From positions 452,062 through 516,061 of the forward strand of contig CAVXTP010000006.1 in assembly GCA_963764715.1 (NCBI GenBank): 64,000 nucleotides of DNA, written 5' to 3'. Within the stretch, counting starts at the first letter, position 1. The number at the start of each line of letters is the position of its first letter. The translations under genes and the position numbers were made by a program. Positions 1 to 10,187 of the stretch are shown here, in pieces. Below the pieces are notes generated by a model that searched no databases, had not been told where the DNA came from, and worked only from the letters and a program-made list of their open reading frames with translations. Source of the DNA: an uncultured Acidobacteriota bacterium (GTDB taxonomy: Bacteria > Acidobacteriota > Thermoanaerobaculia > UBA5066 > Gp7-AA6).

Positions 1-2962
1 CTCGAGGAGACGAAGGGCAACCTCCTCCGGCTCTCCGACATCATCGGCGAGATCGAGAAGAACGTCGCGTCCCTGAAGCGCCAGGCCTCGCGCGCCGCGC
101 GCTACAAGGAGCAGACCGAGATCCTCCGCCAGCGGAAGGCCTCGCTGACGCGGGCCCGCGGCGACGTGCTCCGCGAGGCGCTGACGACGGGCGAGAAGCT
201 GCGCGACGAGCGGCGCGACCGCGAGGCGGAGGCCGCTGCCGTGCTGGCGCGGGCCGAGTCGGCCCTCGCCCAGGCGCGGCTGGAGGCCGGCGACGCGTCG
301 GCGCGGCGGGACGCGCTGCGCGAAGCGCTCGCCTCGCTCGAGGCCTCGATCGCGCGGGACGACGCCCTCCTCGACGCGAACAAGCGCGCGACGCTCGACC
401 TCGCCGCGCGGCGCGGCGGCGCTCGAGCGCGAAGGCCGCGACTTCTCCTCGGAGCAGACGCGGGCGGCCCGCGACCTCGCCGACCTGCAGGAACGGCTGG
501 AACGCACGGTGGCCGAGGCGCGGGCGAAGTCGCTCGCGCGCGAGGAGGCCGACCGCCTCGCCTCGGAGGCCGACGCGGCCTGCGCCGCGCTCGAGCGGGA
601 GCTCGAGGAGACGCGGACCCGCGCCCTGAACGCCGCCGGGGAGCGCGTCGCGGCCCGCAACGCCCGCCACGAGGTGGACCTCGCCGCCGAGCGGATCGCG
701 GCGTCGCTTTCGCGCCTGGCGGAAACCGGCGCCCGCATCGCCGAGGATCTCGCGGGTCGCGAGCGCGAAGCGAACGAGGCCGAGCGGGAAGCCGCGCGCC
801 TGCGGGCGGCGGCCGCGGACGCGACGGCCCGGGTCACGGCGATCGACGAGGAGCTCGCCCGGCTCTCGGCCCGGCTCACCGAGGCCGAAGCGGGGCGCGA
901 CGAAGCGCACGCGGCGGCCGGCGCCGTGGAGCACCGGCTCGCGGCGCTTCTCGAGACCCTCCGCGCGCGGGAGACGAGCGTCAACGAGGTCCGCCAGGCC
1001 CTCCGGGGCGCGGGCCTCTCGGAGCACGGCGCCCTGTCCGACCGGATCCGGCCGCGCGCCGGCTGGGAGGACGCCGTCGGCCTGGTGCTCGGAAACGACT
1101 CGGACGCCCTGCTCGCTTCGGGCGACGTGCGGCGGGCGGTCGACGCGATGCGTCGCCTCTCTTCCGGCCGCATGATCCGGTCCGAGTGGCGTCACGAGAC
1201 GCGCGCCGAGACGCCGGCCCGCTCGTTCGGGTGGGACGCCGTGCTCGACGGCCACGCCGCGCTCTCTCCGGCCGAGCGCGCCGCGCTCCCCCGCACGGCG
1301 TTCGTCGAGAGCCTGGACGACGCCCTCGCGTTGTCCGAGACGCACCCGGGCACGACCTTCGTGACGCGCCAGCGGGAGGTCGTCCGCGGTCCCGTGGTGC
1401 GCGTCGCGGGCCCCGCCGCGGAGGCGACGGGCCTCTTCGCGCTCCGGCGCGAGCAGGAGACGCTGACACGGCGCCTTCACGAGGCGCGGGAGGCCCTGGC
1501 GGGCGCGGAGCGTCGGCTCGAGGAGCTCCGCGGCCAGCGCCTCGCGCGCGAGGCCGAGCGCCCCGTTCTGCGCGAGGCGGAGCGCGAGGCGGAGGGCGCC
1601 TGGAGCGCCTTCGCCGCGCGACTCGAGGAACGCCTCGGCGAGCGCGACCGGCTCCGCCGCGAGCACGAGACGCTGACCGCCGAGAAGGCCGCCCTCTCCG
1701 GAGAGGCCGCGGGTCTCCAGACCCGGCGCCTCGCCCTCGAGGCGGAAGAACAGCGCCTGGCGCAGGCCGAGGACGGCGCGCACCAGCGGATCGGCGCCCT
1801 TTCGGCGTCCCTCTCGGAGGCCCGCGCGAACGCGCAGTCGCGGGGCGACGAGCTCGCTCACCGCCGCACCGAAGCCGAGGTCGCGGCCGAGCGGCGCCGC
1901 TCGATGGAAGCCGCCCGCGACACGCTCCGCGAGACGCACTCGACGCTCGAACGCCGGCTCGCCGAGGCCACCGAGGAGGAAGCCCGGATCGCGACCCGCG
2001 CGGCCGAGCTGACGCACGAGGAAGCCGAGGCCCGGGCCCGCCAGACGTCGAACCTCGGGGCGCGCGAGACGCAGGCCGTCGCGCACGCCGAGGCCGTCGA
2101 GACGGCGCGGGAGATCGTCGCGCGCGTCGAGAGCGCCGAGGCCGCGACCCGGACCGACCGGGCGGCCCTCGACGCGGCCCGCGAGTCCCGCTTCGAGGCC
2201 GAGGTGACGGCCACGCGCGCCGCCTCGGACCTCGAGCACCTGGTCGCCCAGTGCCAGGAGGAGTTCGGCGTCGAACCCGAGGCCCTCGAACCGCCCGCGG
2301 ACGCCTCGCCGGAAGGCCTGGCGGCCCTCGAAACGGAGGTCGCCGAGCTCGCCGCCTCGATCGAACGTCTCGGTCCCGTCAACGTGCTCGCCTTCGAGGA
2401 GCACAAGGAGATGTCCGAGCGCCTGGTCTTCCTGACGACCCAGCGCGACGACCTCCTCAAGTCGATCGCCGAGCTCCAGGAGTCGATCCGCAAGATCAAC
2501 GCGACCTCGTCCGAGCGGTTCGCCGAGGCGTTCCACGCCATCAACGAGAACTTCAAGGCGATGTTCGCCCGCCTCTTCCAGGGCGGCTCGGCCGAGATGA
2601 AGCTGCTCGACGAGACCGACGTGCTCGAATCGGGAATCGAGATCGACGCTCACCCGCCGGGCAAGCGCAACCAGTCGATCCTGCTGCTGTCGGGCGGCGA
2701 GAAGGCCCTGACGGCGATCGCCCTCCTGATGGCGATCTTCCGTTACAAGCCCTCGCCCTTCTGCATCCTGGACGAGGTGGACGCACCGCTCGACGAGGCC
2801 AACATCGACCGCTTCACCCGGCTGCTGCGCGAGATGACCGAGGAGACCCAGTTCATCGCCATCACCCACAACAAGCGGACGATGGAGACCGCCGACGTCA
2901 TGTACGGCGTGACCATGGAGGAGCCCGGCTGTTCCAAGATCGTTTCCGTCAAGTTCGACTAG
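1..2962 (+). CDS. smc: Chromosome segregation protein SMC (5' part outside window; frameshift at about 410-500)
   Basis: Frame 1 from base 1 reads LEETKGNLLRLSDIIGEIEKNVASLKRQA. ORF 509..2962 has long coiled coils, LGPVN, signature LSGGEKALTA, Walker B PFCILDEVDAPLD, and ITHNK. Confidence 0.95.
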
Positions 2963-2975
2963 CCGTCTCTGTCAC

Positions 2976-3015
2976 CCTGCTTCCTGCCACCTGCCGTCCT
3001 GCCTCCTGCCTCCTG
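2976..3015. repeat. Imperfect heptamer tandem repeat (CCTGCYN x about 5-6)
   Basis: cctgctt cctgcca cctgccg t cctgcct cctgcct cctg, between smc and the tRNA promoter. Confidence 0.6.
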
Positions 3016-3017
3016 GT

Positions 3018-3046
3018 TTGACGCCCTCCCGCCCTTTCCGTAAGAT
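3018..3046 (+). promoter_or_regulatory. Putative sigma70 promoter of tRNA-Thr
   Basis: TTGACG-N17-TAAGAT about 20 nt upstream of the tRNA. Confidence 0.65.
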
Positions 3047-3065
3047 GCCCCGCTCCGACCCCCGA

Positions 3066-3141
3066 GCCGACGTAGCTCAGTCGGTAGAGCAGCGGTTTCG
3101 TAAACCGCAGGTCACCGGTTCAAGTCCGGTCGTCGGCTCCA
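3066..3141 (+). tRNA. tRNA-Thr (anticodon CGT)
   Basis: 76-nt cloverleaf: acceptor GCCGACG/CGTCGGC, D arm GCTCAGTCGGTAGAGC, anticodon arm GCGGT-TTCGTAA-ACCGC, T loop GGTTCAAGTCC, encoded CCA. Confidence 0.97.
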
Positions 3142-3232
3142 TTTGCCTCTTTTTCCAGATTCGCACGCGCCCGCACCGCGAAAAGTACTGGACTCGCGGT
3201 GCCCTGTCGGGAGAGGCTCTCGGGTAACTGTG

Positions 3233-4309
3233 ATGTCCAAATCCGTGAATGCGCCCGCGGGAACCAAGGCGCTCGACTTCCTGCAGCCGGAGGGGCCCAA
3301 CCCCCACGGCGGCCGCGGACGAAGCATCATCCTGAACCATCCCGAGATCCGGGATCTCGTCGGGAAGAACCCCGTCACGTTCTGGATCACGCTCGGCATC
3401 GTCCTCGTGCAGACCGCCCTGGCCGCGGCCCTCCACACCAGCCCCTGGTGGCTCATCGTCCTCGTCGCGGTCACGGTCGGGGCCTTCGCCAACCATGCCC
3501 TCTGGGTCGTGATCCACGAGGTGACCCACAACCTGATCTTCAAGACGCCGGGTGCGAACACGCTCGTCGGCATCCTCGCCAACCTCCCGCACGGCGCGCC
3601 CACCTCGGTCTTCTTCCAGCGCTACCACATGAAGCACCACGCGTTCCTCGGGACTTACGACTTCGATGCCGACATCCCGAGCCGCTGGGAACAGAAGCTC
3701 TTCGGCCGGTCCGCCCTCGGGAAGGCCTGCTGGATGTTCGTTTTCTCCATCATTCAGGCCCTGCGCCCGGTGCGCCTGCGCGTCCTCAAGCCGATCGACC
3801 GCTGGGTCGTGATCAACGTCGTCGCCCAGGTGATCTACGACGGCGCGCTGCTCTACTTCTGGGGCCCCAAGGCGCTCGCCTACATGTTCATCTCGCTCAT
3901 GTTCAGCGTCGGCCTCCATCCGCTCGGCGCGCGCTGGATCCAGGAGCACTACATCGTGTTCCCGGGCCAGGAGACGGCCGACTATTACGGGCCGCTCAAT
4001 CCGTTCGCCCTGAACGTCGGGTTCCACAACGAGCACCACGACTTCCCGTCGATCCCCTGGAACCGGCTGCCCGAGGTCAAGCGCGCGGCGCCGGAGGCCT
4101 ACGACACGCTTCACTACCACCCGTCCTGGTCGAAGCTCCTCTGGCGGTTCATCGTCGACCCGAACATCTCCCTCTACACGCGCTACGTGCGCGAGGGCCC
4201 CTCGAGTGGCGCGAAGTTCGAGGAGGCGAAGGCCGCCTCCCAGCAGCTCCCCGAGCCCACGGCCGACCCGAGCCTCCGCCGGCCCCCGGCCAATCAGCAG
4301 TCCGCGTAG
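3233..4309 (+). CDS. Membrane fatty-acid desaturase, sphingolipid delta-4 desaturase (DES1/DEGS)-like
   Basis: His boxes HEVTH, HMKHH, HNEHH; DES-type N-terminus PHxxRxxxILxxHPEIxxLxG; YYGPLN..NVGFHNEHHDFP. Confidence 0.85.
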   Translation: MSKSVNAPAGTKALDFLQPEGPNPHGGRGRSIILNHPEIRDLVGKNPVTFWITLGIVLVQTALAAALHTSPWWLIVLVAVTVGAFANHALWVVIHEVTHNLIFKTPGANTLVGILANLPHGAPTSVFFQRYHMKHHAFLGTYDFDADIPSRWEQKLFGRSALGKACWMFVFSIIQALRPVRLRVLKPIDRWVVINVVAQVIYDGALLYFWGPKALAYMFISLMFSVGLHPLGARWIQEHYIVFPGQETADYYGPLNPFALNVGFHNEHHDFPSIPWNRLPEVKRAAPEAYDTLHYHPSWSKLLWRFIVDPNISLYTRYVREGPSSGAKFEEAKAASQQLPEPTADPSLRRPPANQQSA

Positions 4310-4366
4310 CTCGCTCGCGGGAACCGCGCCGCGCCTCCGGGTTCTCCTCTTTCAGGAGGGCCCGCC

Positions 4367-5113
4367 ATGTTCGACACGGCGCTGATCGAGTCCGCTTCCC
4401 ACCCGGGCGACGGCCGGCGGGCCCGGAGTCTGCCGCTCGCCGCCGGATTCCACGCCGCGGTCCTCGGCACGCTCGTCGTCTCCGCGCTCTGGTCGACCGG
4501 CCAGGCCCCCGAGCCGACGATCTCGCTCGTCTTTCCGTCCTTCCCGGGCGGTCCGCCGCCGCCCCCGCCCGGAGGGCGCGTCGATCTCGTCCGCGCGGCG
4601 GTCCCGCCGCGAACCCGCGTCGAGCGGATGCCGGAGCGAATCCCGGACCTTCCGCCGATCTCGTCGACCGACGTCCAGCCCGAATCGAACGCCGGCCGCT
4701 CCGACGGGCATGACGATGCGTCCGCCGGCGAGAACGGCGGAGGGGCGGAGGGAATGCGCGGAGGCGTTCCCGGGGGCCTTCCGGACGGGGACGGCGGAGT
4801 CGCCACGGATTCCATCGCTCCGTACCGGCCCGGCGTCGACGGCGTGACGGTCCCCGAGCTTCTCGAGAGGGTCGACCCGACCTACCCCGAGGCGGCGCGC
4901 AAGGGTCGGATCCAGGGCGTCGTCATCCTCGAGGCCGTCATCACGGCGGCGGGCGCCGTCGACGAGGTCCGCATCGTCCGCTCCCCGAGCCCCCTCTTCG
5001 ACGCAGCGGTCGAGGCCGCTGTTCGGCGGTGGCGCTACCGGCCGGCGACCCTGAACGGCCGCGCCGTGCCGGTGCTCCTGACGGTCACGGTCCGCTTCGG
5101 GCTCGAGGGATAG
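4367..5113 (+). CDS. tonB: Energy transducer TonB family protein
   Basis: N-terminal TM with His, Pro-rich linker, C-terminal YPEAARKGRIQGVV...WRYRPA. Confidence 0.85.
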   Translation: MFDTALIESASHPGDGRRARSLPLAAGFHAAVLGTLVVSALWSTGQAPEPTISLVFPSFPGGPPPPPPGGRVDLVRAAVPPRTRVERMPERIPDLPPISSTDVQPESNAGRSDGHDDASAGENGGGAEGMRGGVPGGLPDGDGGVATDSIAPYRPGVDGVTVPELLERVDPTYPEAARKGRIQGVVILEAVITAAGAVDEVRIVRSPSPLFDAAVEAAVRRWRYRPATLNGRAVPVLLTVTVRFGLEG

Positions 5114-5115
5114 GC

Positions 5116-6402
5116 CTACGGCATCAGCTGCGCCTGCACCATGAATGCGCTGTCGTTGGCCGGCGAGCCGGTGGGGCGCTGGCGGTGCGTGCGGCTGTAG
5201 TCGAGGACGATCTTCAGGCTGTTGCGCCGGAAGTAGTAGGAGGTGGCGGCCGAGACGACCGACGACGCCTCCGCGCGCGACGCTGCGGTTGTAGTCGACG
5301 TAGGCATAGCGCGCCGCGAGGTCGAGCCGGCTCGGAAGGATGAAGTACCCGGCCTGCCGTACCACCCGTACGCGTAGAGCCGCGCGCCGCTCGTGTCGCC
5401 CTGCGCCTGTCCGTAGAAGCCTTCCGCCTGGACGAGAAGCCGCACCACTTGAACTGCGCGTCGAAGCCCCACGACTTGGATGTCGACTTTCTCGCCGACC
5501 TCGAAGAGACCGACGTTGCGCCCGAGCCAGCCGGTTGGTCCCGCGTAGTTGAGCGTAGGGCCTCGAACGCGAGGTCGCGATCTTGCGGAGGGTGTTGACG
5601 AAAACCGTTCGCGCCGAACGAGAGGGCGGGCGTCTGCGTGGCTCTGGAGGTCGGCCTCGCTCGCTCCCATGCTTCCGAGCGGATTGACGACCAGACGCAG
5701 CATCGGCATGACGTGGTTGGTCGACGCGCAGCGTGTTCTGCCCGTACGCCTCCGAAGACCCCGGCCTGATACGCGAAGAGCCCGTCGCCGAACCCGCCGA
5801 AGGCCATCAGGCCGATGTCGCGGCTGGGCTTGAAGGCATCGGTCGCGAGCGAACGCTCCGGAAACTGCAGCACCCCGTCGTTGTAGAGCTCCTGGCGCGA
5901 GTACGGCGTCTTGTACTCGCCGAACTGGGCCGAGAGCCGCCTCGGCGAACTTCCAGTCCGAGCCAGGCGTCGTCGAGATACCGATTCGACGCCGTGCTCT
6001 CGAGGGCGAGCCTGCAAGCGCCAGGTCAGCCGGGGATCGAGGGCGAAACCCGGAAATGAAGAGCTTGAACCGTCGGACCCGGAACTCGTTTGCGTCGATG
6101 ATCGACGGCGGCCGCGTCGAGGTCGACGTGCGTGTAGCGCACCTGCAGGTTGAATCCGAGGCTCGCCTCGAAGAGGCCGTCCGGCGTACGGAAGACGACG
6201 CCCCGGTTCTCGACGTACTCGATGGCCGGTTTGGCAGGCTTGGCGGCCTTCTCGTCGGGCTTGTCGGGGGTCGCGGGAGCGTTCTGCGCGACGAGAGTCT
6301 CGGGCGTTGGCGGCGTCGCCGGGTCGGGTCCGTCCTCGCCCCGCGCCATGCCGCCGCCCCGAGGATGAGGCACCCCGCCGCAACCCAGACCCGACGCCGC
6401 AT
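5116..6402 (-). CDS. OprO/OprP-like anion-selective porin (multiply frameshifted)
   Basis: Fragments across frames: signal peptide, NEFRVRRFKL, QFGEYKTPYSRQEL, PSRDIG, QAGYFILPSRLDLAARY, C-terminal MVQAQL. Confidence 0.7.
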   Translation of the reverse strand: MRRRVWVAAGCLILGAAAWRGARTDPTRRRRQRPRLSSRRTLPRPPTSPTRRPPSLPNRPSSTSRTGASSSVRRTASSRRASDSTCRCATRTSTSTRPPSIIDANEFRVRRFKLFISGFRPRSPADLALAGSPSRARRRIGISTTPGSDWKFAEAALGPVRRVQDAVLAPGALQRRGAAVSGAFARDRCLQAQPRHRPDGLRRVRRRALRVSGRGLRRRTGRTRCASTNHVMPMLRLVVNPLGSMGASEADLQSHADARPLVRRERFSSTPSARSRPRVRGPTLNYAGPTGWLGRNVGLFEVGEKVDIQVVGLRRAVQVVRLLVQAEGFYGQAQGDTSGARLYAYGWYGRPGTSSFRAGSTSRRAMPTSTTTAASRAEASSVVSAATSYYFRRNSLKIVLDYSRTHRQRPTGSPANDSAFMVQAQLMP

Positions 6403-6437
6403 CGCCTACCTCCGGCGCGAACTATCGCCCGTCGCTT

Positions 6438-6478
6438 CGATTCTTGCAAATGGAATCGTATTGATTCATATAGAATCG
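6438..6478. promoter_or_regulatory. Putative operator in the porin/mod divergent region
   Basis: AT-rich island with two inverted repeats: CGATTC-N9-GAATCG (6438-6458) and GATTC-N5-GAATC (6463-6477). Confidence 0.45.
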
Positions 6479-6484
6479 TCCGCC

Positions 6485-6885
6485 ATGCCGAAGACGCCCG
6501 GGGTCGTCCCTGACTCCCGCCGAGGCCGCGAAGGCCCTCGGCGTCAGCTACCCCACCATCAAGCAGTGGATCTACAGGAAGACGGATCCGCTCGGTCCGC
6601 ACGCCGGGAGGGCACCACCGGATCCCGCGCTCGGAGATCGCGCGGCTCGGAGGGGCGCGGCCGGCTGCCTCGGCGCTCGACGCCATCAGCGGCCGCAACA
6701 AGCTCGCCGGGGTCGTCACGAAGGTCCGGGTCTCGGGCCTGCTCGCCGAGGTCACCCTCGACGTCGGCGGCCAGACGCTCACGGCGATCATCACGGCCGG
6801 GGCCGTGCGGCAGCTCGGCCTGAAGGCCGGCTCTCCCGCCGTCGCGCTCATCAAGGCCACCGAAGTCATGGTCATCCGGGGCTGA
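6485..6885 (+). CDS. Excisionase-type HTH + TOBE molybdate-responsive regulator (frameshifted)
   Basis: Hand translation: EAAKALGVSYPTIKQWIY...RTPGGHHRIP...ISGRNKLAGVV...IITAGAVRQLGL...ALIKATEVMVIRG*. Confidence 0.8.
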
Positions 6886-6897
6886 GAAGGGAGCGGC

Positions 6898-7651
6898 ATG
6901 AAGAAGACTCCTTGCGTTCGGGCTGCTTCTCGTCTTCGTCGCTCGCGTTCGCGGCTCCGCCCCGACGAGATCCTCGTCTTCGGCGCCGCGAGCCTCACCG
7001 AATCGCTGCAGGAGCTCGGCAAGCAGTTCGAGGCGTCGACCGGGACACGAAGGTGGTCTTCTCCTTCGCGCTCCTCGAGCGACCTCGCCCGCCAGATCGA
7101 GGCCGGCGCCCCGGCCGACGTCTTCTTCTCGGCCGACACCGCGAAGATGGATGCTCTCGAGAAGGCCGGCCTCGTGCGCGCGGGCGACCGGCGGGAGTTC
7201 CTCTCGAACGTGCTCGTCGTCGTGGTGCCGTCCGATTCGACGGCGACGATCGCGTCGGCGAAGGACCTCGAGGCCCTCCCGAAGCTGGCGCTGGCCGACC
7301 CCGCCGCGGTCCCGGCCGGCATTTACGCGAAGAAGTGGCTGACCCAGGAAGGCGTCTGGGACGCGATCGAGAAGAAGCTCATCCCGACCCTCGACGTGCG
7401 CGCCGCGCTCGCGGCGGTCGCCGGGGCGGACATCCCCGCCGGCATCGTCTACCGCACGGACGCCGTCGGTCTCGAAGGAGGTCCGGATCGCCTACACGGT
7501 GACGAACGGACCCGCGATCACCTACTCCCTCGCTCCCGTCGCCGCGTCGAAGCATCCGGAGGCGGCCGCGAAGTTCGTCGACTTCCTCGACTCGCCCGCC
7601 GGCCGCGCCGCCTTCGAGCGCCGGGGATTCCTGATCCGCGCGACGCCTTGA
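6898..7651 (+). CDS. modA: Molybdate ABC transporter substrate-binding protein (frameshifted)
   Basis: GAASL, SSSDLARQIEAGAPADVFFSA, DPAAVPAGIYA, GIVYRTDA; ends GFLIRATP*. Confidence 0.88.
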
Positions 7652-8326
7652 CCCCCGACGACGTCTCGATCCTCCTGCTCACGGTCCGGGTCGCCGTCGA
7701 TCGCGACGCTGCTCATCCTTCCGCTCGGGGTCGCGGCCGCCTGGGCGCTCTCCCGCCGGGGAGGGCCGCTGCGCACGCTCGCCGAGACCGTGCTTTCCCT
7801 GCCCCTCGTCCTGCCCCCGACGGCCGTCGGGATCCTGCTCCTCGACGCCCTGCGCCGCCGCAGCGCGCTCGGCGGGCTCCTCGCGCGTTTCGACATCGAG
7901 GTGCTCTTCACGACGAAGGCGGTGGTGCTCGCCACCGCCGTCATGGCCTTTCCCCTTCTCGTCCGCCCGGCCCGGGCGGCGTTCGAAGAGGTGGATCGCC
8001 GCCTGCCCGGGATCGCGCGCTCGCTCGGCTGCGGGCCGTTCGAGGCCTTCCGCCGCGTGACGCTGCCGCTCGCGGGCCGCGGGATCCTGACGGGAACGCT
8101 CCTCGCCTTCTCGCGCGCGCTCGGCGAATTCGGCGCGACGATCATCGTCGCCGGCAACATCCCCGGCCGCACCCAGACGATGGCCCTCGCGATCTTCCAG
8201 CGGCACCAGATCGGCCAGGATGCCGGCGCGATGCGCCTGGTCTGGGTGACGGTCGTGATCGCGTTCGCGGCCGTGCTCGCCTCGGAGCTCATCGGGCGCC
8301 GCCGCCGGGACGGGGCCGCCCGATGA
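7648..8326 (+). CDS. modB: Molybdate ABC transporter permease (frameshift near 7700)
   Basis: LPLVLPPTAVG, EAA-like loop ARSLG, FSRALGEFGATIIVAGNIPGRTQT. Confidence 0.92.
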
Positions 8327-9390
8327 TCGAGCTCGACCTCCGGGTGCCGCTCGCCGAATTCACCCTCGAGCTGTCGTCCCGCCTCTGCTCCGACGCGGTC
8401 GCCGTGCTCGGGCCCTCGGGCGCCGGGAAGACGTCGCTCCTCGAGGCCCTGGCCGGCCTGCGACCGAACGCCGATGGCCGGATCGCGATCGACGGCGAGG
8501 TCCTGCTCGATTCCGGGCGCGGGGTCCGCCTTCCGCCCGAGCGCCGCCGGATCGGCTACGTTCCCCAGGACTCCTGCCTCTTTCCGCACCTCGACGTCGA
8601 GCGCAACGTCCGGTTCGGAATGCGCGGGCCGGACCGCGAGAGCCTTTTCGCCGAGGCCGTCGCGATCCTTCGGATCGGGCCGCTGCTCGCCCGCTTTCCG
8701 GACACGCTCTCGGGAGGCGAGCGCCAGCGCGTCGCCCTTGCCCGGGCGATCGCGACCCGGCCGCGGCTCCTGCTGCTCGACGAGCCGCTGGCGGCCGTCG
8801 ACGTCGAGCTCCGGGAGCGGATCCTTCCCTACCTCCTGCGCATCCGCGACACGCTGCGGATCCCCTGCCTCTACGTCACGCACAACACCGGCGAGGCCGC
8901 CGCCATCGCGCCCGAGGCGCTTCTCCTGCGGCGCGGCGCGCTCGTCCGGCAGGGCCCCACGGCCGACGTGCTGCGCGAGATGCGGTCCTCGTCGGTCGAC
9001 CCGGACGCGCGGTTCGACAACGTCGTCGCGGGCGAGCTCGAAAGCGGCCGTCCCGGCGACGAGAAGGCGGTGCTCCGGGCCGGGGCGGCGCGGCTCGTCG
9101 TCCCGGCCGCACCCGCGGCGCCGGCCGGAGCGCGCGCGATCTACGCGGTCTCGCCCGACGACATCCTCGTCTCGACGCAGCCGCCCGAGCACGTCTCGGC
9201 GCGCAACGTTCTCGAGGGTCGCGTCGCGTCCGCCGACGGCTCGGCGGAGGGCGCGTGGATCGGCGTCGAGGCCGCCGGCCTCGCCTGGACCGTCCGGGTC
9301 ACGCGCTCCTCGACGGAGGAGCTCGGACTGGCGCCCGGCGCGCGGGTCTGGCTCACGATCAAGACGCACGCGTTCCGGAGGTTGTCCTAG
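8323..9390 (+). CDS. modC: Molybdate ABC transporter ATPase with TOBE domain
   Basis: GPSGAGKT, LSGGERQRVA, LLLDEP, C-terminal SARNVL TOBE. Confidence 0.92.
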   Translation: MIELDLRVPLAEFTLELSSRLCSDAVAVLGPSGAGKTSLLEALAGLRPNADGRIAIDGEVLLDSGRGVRLPPERRRIGYVPQDSCLFPHLDVERNVRFGMRGPDRESLFAEAVAILRIGPLLARFPDTLSGGERQRVALARAIATRPRLLLLDEPLAAVDVELRERILPYLLRIRDTLRIPCLYVTHNTGEAAAIAPEALLLRRGALVRQGPTADVLREMRSSSVDPDARFDNVVAGELESGRPGDEKAVLRAGAARLVVPAAPAAPAGARAIYAVSPDDILVSTQPPEHVSARNVLEGRVASADGSAEGAWIGVEAAGLAWTVRVTRSSTEELGLAPGARVWLTIKTHAFRRLS

Positions 9391-9487
9391 TCGGTTTCGT
9401 CCGCCCGAAGACAGCACCCGTCCCAAGATTGTGGCGAGGAGATTCCCAGATTCGTAAGGTGCACGGGACGACAGGGAGGCAACCGAC

Positions 9488-10165
9488 ATGGCTCTCCTGA
9501 CTCTCTCCGCTCTCGCCGGCATCCTGGCCCTGACCGTGGGAGAGACGGAGACCGTCCGCCCGCACTCGGACGGCACCGCCGCCACCCCGGCGCCGAAGCC
9601 GTGCTCCTCGCCCGAGTACCGCCAGTTCGACTTCTGGCTCGGGGAATGGGACGTGACCGAGGGCGGCAAGCCCGCCGGGATCAACCGGATCACCTCCATC
9701 CTCGGCGGCTGCGCGGTGCGCGAGGAGTGGAAGGGCGTCAGCGGCCTGACCGGGACGAGCCTCAACATGTGGGACGCGGCAAAGAAACAGTGGAGCCAGA
9801 CCTGGGTCGACGACAAGGGCAACGTCCTTCTTCTGACGGGGGGCCGCCAGGGGCCGAAGATGGTGCTCGAGGGTGAAAAGCCGCAGGCCCAGGGGACGGT
9901 CCGGAATCGCATCACCTGGACGCCGGTCGCCGGCGGCCACGTTCGGCAGCTCTGGGAAACCTCCACCGACGGAGGGAAGACCTGGGCGAAGGAGTTCGAC
10001 GGGGACTACGCGGCCGAGGAAGAGATAGCGCGGCGCGATTCGCAGGAGGGCGGCCACGGGCCGTCCACCAACGGCAGACCCCCGACCTGTAGGCAACGCC
10101 GCGGGAACCGCGGTGTTAACCCCGCCCCTACTCTGCCTTGCTGCCGATGGCCTCCCCGGTCGTAG
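9488..10165 (+). CDS. Secreted DUF1579-like hypothetical protein (true stop probably near 10028 after a frameshift)
   Basis: RBS GGAGG, signal peptide, [18 protein letters not shown] and STDGGKTW motifs. Confidence 0.6.
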   Translation: MALLTLSALAGILALTVGETETVRPHSDGTAATPAPKPCSSPEYRQFDFWLGEWDVTEGGKPAGINRITSILGGCAVREEWKGVSGLTGTSLNMWDAAKKQWSQTWVDDKGNVLLLTGGRQGPKMVLEGEKPQAQGTVRNRITWTPVAGGHVRQLWETSTDGGKTWAKEFDGDYAAEEEIARRDSQEGGHGPSTNGRPPTCRQRRGNRGVNPAPTLPCCRWPPRS

Positions 10166-10187
10166 GGGCGGCCCGTGGCCGCCCTCG

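Noticed and set aside
41-2869. Long antisense ORFs (e.g. 41..2869, 19363..23184, 28314..31298, 40219..42354, 54251..57508)
   Set aside because: Shadow ORFs opposite well-supported genes in high-GC DNA, with no recognisable motifs.
3066-3141. tRNA-Thr as the integration site of an island
   Set aside because: No integrase in the window and no duplicate of the tRNA 3' end was seen.
6898-9390. Apparent ModA-ModC fusion, and similar long ORFs 14519..17851, 28260..32936, 53294..57034
   Set aside because: These are artefacts of frameshifts plus stop-poor high-GC frames. The intervening translation is Arg/Pro/Gly-rich nonsense while the real gene lies in another frame.
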